Source of the DNA: an uncultured Bacteroidales bacterium
GTDB lineage: Bacteria; Bacteroidota; Bacteroidia; Bacteroidales; UBA932
Length of the DNA: 50,677 nt
Assembly: GCA_905235535.1 (NCBI GenBank)
Contig: CAJOLS010000004.1
Coordinates: 1 to 50,677 of the forward strand
Direction: 5' to 3'
Each line of letters opens with the position of its first letter. Position 1 is the stretch's first letter. Below the pieces are notes generated by a model. The model saw nothing but the letters and a program-made list of their open reading frames with translations. It was not told the origin of the DNA and made no database searches. A program made the translations under genes and the position numbers. Positions 47,024-50,677 of this stretch are shown here, in pieces.

Positions 47024-47944
47024 TTAACTTACATCAATCTGGCCGCCGGGCAGAAGGGGATCGATACCGGTTCCCGCATCGGAGAAGGCGAAATCCATCA
47101 ACACATCCGTCGTAATCTCATCATCCACATAAATGTAGATATTCTTCTCTGCCTTCTGGCCCTGAACCTGGTCCGTGACATCCTTCTGGAACACTTTCAG
47201 GGAACCGTCCGAGAACAGCAGGAAGAGGGTTATCGTATGGGGGCAGGCGGAGTTTCCGGCGCAGTGGCCGAAGGAAAGGGCGTCTCCCTTCACGGTGCCG
47301 ACAAGGACGCTGGCACCAAAAGGAATGGTCACGGCGTCATCCACGGGGATGCCCAGGCCCGGGCGGAAGCCGGAAGATACGCCGGACAAGGCCAGGGAGG
47401 CCGCCATCAGCCGGTCTGTATGTTTGACGTGGGAGAAGGATACGAAGAAATGGATGAAAGCATCCTGCATCTTGTATACCTGGGAGGCTTCCTTCTCTCC
47501 TTCCGGAACCACGACCGGAGAGGCCGCACCATACCAGATGGGATCCGGGACGGCGCACACAGGCTCTTCAGGAGCCGTTTCCGCCTTCAGGCCCAGCGGA
47601 GAAAGCACGTCCACCTCGTTGGTTGTAATGGTGGCCGTCTGATAGGAGTCCAGGTTCCAGAGATTGCCCGGGGTGAGGACAAAGGTGTCATAGGAGCCAC
47701 TCTCCTGCTTGACGGATTCTCCCTGGGGAGACAGTCTCTTGACCACCGACAGTCCTTCCTGGGGATACATATACATGTAAAGCTGCTCCGGGTCCGGAGA
47801 GCCGGTGGCATCGGACCAGTCGAAACCGACGGCCAGGATACCATTTTTGCTGACGGGAGGAACTTCGGGCGTCAGCGTCTTGTGTACACAGGAAACGCTG
47901 AGCGGAAGTAACAGCACTGAGAATATCTTGAAAATGTTTCGCAT
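47024..47944 (-). CDS. DUF5119-like lipoprotein (pilus anchor-like)
   Basis: Lipobox SVSC-VHK.L, FDWS, FGHC and DVTDQV motifs; lies between a DUF3575-like gene and the pilin. Confidence 0.7.
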   Translation of the reverse strand: MRNIFKIFSVLLLPLSVSCVHKTLTPEVPPVSKNGILAVGFDWSDATGSPDPEQLYMYMYPQEGLSVVKRLSPQGESVKQESGSYDTFVLTPGNLWNLDSYQTATITTNEVDVLSPLGLKAETAPEEPVCAVPDPIWYGAASPVVVPEGEKEASQVYKMQDAFIHFFVSFSHVKHTDRLMAASLALSGVSSGFRPGLGIPVDDAVTIPFGASVLVGTVKGDALSFGHCAGNSACPHTITLFLLFSDGSLKVFQKDVTDQVQGQKAEKNIYIYVDDEITTDVLMDFAFSDAGTGIDPLLPGGQIDVS

Positions 47945-47952
47945 AACTCGTC

Positions 47953-49233
47953 TTATCTTTTGTTCTCTATGCCAATGAGCCACTGAAGGGTGATTTCAAG
48001 GCGGGTGGGGCCAATCCACTGGAACGTACGGGGCTCTCCCACGCGGGCGTAGCCACCGTTGCCATTGGGAACGTATTCCTGGACAGGGCCGCGCATATAT
48101 CCTACGCCCAGGCCGAAATCCAGGTTGAAGTGCTTGCCGATGGGCAGGGTGTAACCATACTCCAGACCTGCGCTCCAGGTGGGAGCGGCAAAGAGGTTGC
48201 GGCCTTCCTGGCCACCCAGGTAACCCTTTCCTTCCCATTCGACATCATACGTGAGCACCTGTCCGTAGAGTCCCAGATGGTGGCCCGTCAGGGAACGGAA
48301 CATCCCCTTGGCATTGTCCTGGGGACGGCGGAAGAAATAGCGGAACGCCGCTTCGGCGCCGTACATTCTCCAGAAACGGTCCTTCTTGCTCATGGACCAC
48401 CAGCTTCCGGACCAGTTCAGATCCAGGGCCAGGCCGCCGCCCAGATAAATCTGGGTACCGATGCTGGGTACGGTGGCCACATCGTGGGCCAGGTTGGAGC
48501 GGAGCATAAACCCGTATTTGGGCTTTTCGGCTTCCACCCTCACCTCTTTCTCCACATAGACGGTATCCAGCTGATGGGTATGCAGATAGACCGTATCCTG
48601 CTTGGGCATTACCGAAGCTGCGGGGAAAGAAACCGTAACGGTTGTCCGGCGCAGGGAAGGGAAAATATCCTGCAGCATTTCCCGCCAGGGGGCGCCCCCG
48701 TGAAGGTTCATCAACTGCTTTTTGCGGGAATCGGAGATGGCGCCTTTCTGGTCATGTACCCAGATGGGCGTGTTGTTGATGATGTAGACGGCCTCATCCT
48801 TCCAGCTGTACTGGCTGCGCTCCAGCGCACGGGCCAGGCCTACCCAGTCCGAGCCGGTGGAGAAAACGTCGATATCACTTTCCTCCAGTTCCGGGTGATG
48901 CGTCAGCAGATACAGGCGCATCCGCTCGCTGCGGTTCAGGCCCAGGGTCACATTGCCGTCCTCCGTTCCTTCCGGAGAAGCACCGGAGTCCAACTTGATG
49001 TGGATGGGACTGCTGGCCCGAAGCAGGGAGTCCAACAACTGATCCATTTCCTTCAGGGCGGCATCATTGCCCTGGAAGACAGGGTCCAGGTTGGAATGGT
49101 TCACATAATAAAGCACCCGGAAGACAGCATTGTTGTCTGCTGCCCGGGACAAAGTGGGTGTCTGGGACTGGGCAGAAAGCCCGAAAGTACACAGACACAT
49201 CACCAGTGAAACAAGAAACTTACTGATTTTCAT
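47953..49233 (-). CDS. DUF3575-like outer membrane protein with N-terminal OmpA-like domain
   Basis: ASPEG..N..L...R; RSNL...P; AGLEYGY.LPI...NLDFGLG.GY; WIGPTRLEITLQW. TATCTTTG promoter at 49262-69 (minus). Confidence 0.8.
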   Translation of the reverse strand: MKISKFLVSLVMCLCTFGLSAQSQTPTLSRAADNNAVFRVLYYVNHSNLDPVFQGNDAALKEMDQLLDSLLRASSPIHIKLDSGASPEGTEDGNVTLGLNRSERMRLYLLTHHPELEESDIDVFSTGSDWVGLARALERSQYSWKDEAVYIINNTPIWVHDQKGAISDSRKKQLMNLHGGAPWREMLQDIFPSLRRTTVTVSFPAASVMPKQDTVYLHTHQLDTVYVEKEVRVEAEKPKYGFMLRSNLAHDVATVPSIGTQIYLGGGLALDLNWSGSWWSMSKKDRFWRMYGAEAAFRYFFRRPQDNAKGMFRSLTGHHLGLYGQVLTYDVEWEGKGYLGGQEGRNLFAAPTWSAGLEYGYTLPIGKHFNLDFGLGVGYMRGPVQEYVPNGNGGYARVGEPRTFQWIGPTRLEITLQWLIGIENKR

Positions 49234-49356
49234 TGTTAATCCTGTAGCTAATTCTAAACCACAAAGATAAGCATATTTTCCGTTAATAACAACTATTTAT
49301 TAAACTCGAAGTGGCCGGCATCTTTTTGAAGCCAACCGTCCCAACTTCTTCCGGGG

Positions 49357-50523
49357 TTATCGGCCCAAAGACTGTTTGAGGGCCAGGACGCGACGGACGC
49401 TTTCGTCAATCCTGGATTCCGGAAGCGTGCCTTCTTCCACGGCGGAGAGCACGGCCTCGAAGGCTTCCGGCAGATTCTCCGGCATAAGGACGATATCGGC
49501 CCCGGCCTGGAGGGTCATAACGGCCGATTCCCCGCTGGAATAGCGGTCGCTCACAGCTTTCATACCCATGGCATCCGTAATGATGACGCCCTGGAAGCCC
49601 AGTTCTCCGCGCAGTTTTTCCGTAAGAATGAGGTGGGAAAGCGTGGCGGGAAGCCTGTCTCCGGTGACATTGGGAAGGGCCACGTGGGCCGACATAATCA
49701 TAGGCGCTCCGGCCTGGATGGCGGCTTTGAAGGTAATCAACTCACAGTTAAGGAGTTCTTCCCAGGTTTTGTCCGACTGCACGTACTCGTGATGGGAATC
49801 TCCGGAGGTATCCCCGTGGCCGGGGAAATGCTTGACGCAGGCAATGACACCCGCCTTATGGAGGCCTTCCATACAGTTCACCACCATAGGAGCGGCTATC
49901 TTGGGATTCCCGGAGAAGGCGCGGTCTCCTACGACAATGTTCTTGGGATTGGTGTTGACATCGGCCACCGGGGCCAGGTCTATGTCAAATCCGTATTCTT
50001 TCAGATAAGTGCCGATGGCAAGGCCTGCCTCAAGGGCTTTGGCAGGTTCTCCCGTGGTACCCACGGCATTCATGGAGGCATAGGTGGGAACGTGGAAATT
50101 CTCATTGCCGCCGATGCGGGCCACCCGGCCGCCCTCTTCATCGATGCTAAGGAGCGGAGCACCGGGAAGGGCGTGCAAATCCTGCGTGAAGGCCCTGAGC
50201 TGCCCGGGATTGTCTATATTGTGGGAAAAAAGCGTTACGCCGCCCACCGGATACTGCTCACTGAAGGCCTTGGTCTGCTCGTTCACAGCCTGCATCTTGT
50301 ACTCCAACATGCCTTTTCCGGAAGACTGGAATACAGGGTCCAGGGCCTCCGGACGCACGCAGAACAGCTGGCCCACCTTCTCACGAAGGCTCATCCGGGA
50401 CAGCCGGGCCTCAATGGCATCGGCCTGGGAGGGGGTAAGGACTTTTTTCTTGGGAGCGCTCTTGCACCCGGGGATGGCCAAGAGGGTGAGGCATACAGCC
50501 ATAAGGAAGCAGGTCTTTTTCAT
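49357..50523 (-). CDS. GH3 beta-N-acetylhexosaminidase (NagZ-like) lipoprotein
   Basis: IDEEGGRVAR, APVAD, KHFPGHGDTSGDSH NagZ motif and ITDAMGM. TACTTTTG promoter at 50594-601 (minus). Confidence 0.9.
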   Translation of the reverse strand: MKKTCFLMAVCLTLLAIPGCKSAPKKKVLTPSQADAIEARLSRMSLREKVGQLFCVRPEALDPVFQSSGKGMLEYKMQAVNEQTKAFSEQYPVGGVTLFSHNIDNPGQLRAFTQDLHALPGAPLLSIDEEGGRVARIGGNENFHVPTYASMNAVGTTGEPAKALEAGLAIGTYLKEYGFDIDLAPVADVNTNPKNIVVGDRAFSGNPKIAAPMVVNCMEGLHKAGVIACVKHFPGHGDTSGDSHHEYVQSDKTWEELLNCELITFKAAIQAGAPMIMSAHVALPNVTGDRLPATLSHLILTEKLRGELGFQGVIITDAMGMKAVSDRYSSGESAVMTLQAGADIVLMPENLPEAFEAVLSAVEEGTLPESRIDESVRRVLALKQSLGR

Positions 50524-50677
50524 GAGGGACTATCCGTTAAATTCGAAAAACGAAGTTAGTGTTTTTTTGCCATAGTTGAACTTTAGTTCCGTGCAAAAGT
50601 AGCACTACAGCAGTTATGCTGCGAGGCGACTTCTGCTAATTTGTTGATTTATAGTAAAATTTTTGTGTAATTGTTTG

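Noticed and set aside
42134-50677. Integrated prophage or ICE at tRNA-Leu
   Set aside because: No integrase, phage or conjugation genes, and no direct-repeat att site found in the window.

Overview
GC-rich Bacteroidales chromosomal segment, judged from SusC/SusD genes, TAnnTTTG -7 promoter elements and many lipoprotein signal peptides. Family names come from my recognition of motifs, not from database searches. Bases ~1-29,100 form a large polysaccharide utilization locus that mixes beta-mannan enzymes (GH5_7, GH26, GH130, SGNH acetylesterase) with xyloglucan-type enzymes (PA14-GH31, GH43, BACON-GH5_4), plus an AraC regulator and SusC/SusD/SGBP. Inside it is the most interesting element: three paralogous two-gene modules, each a DUF6057-like membrane protein coupled to a lipoprotein beta-propeller with an invariant CxxCH motif. 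A stand-alone DUF4369-like lipoprotein and a divergent chorismatase/Rid-like enzyme accompany them. Bases ~29,250-42,200 are mostly core genes: DUF4783-like, rlmH, NtrY-like kinase, efp, ispH, cmk, HTH-less NtrX-like regulator, AsmA-like, prmA and tRNA-Leu(TAG). An M13 peptidase, a type V pilus-like cluster and a NagZ-like GH3 follow. Non-coding structure includes two inverted copies of an AT-rich MITE (20-bp TIRs, TAA target duplications), two solo ends of the same family, a collapsed sulP relic, 63-bp palindromic repeats, and inverted copies of the tRNA 3' end downstream of the tRNA.
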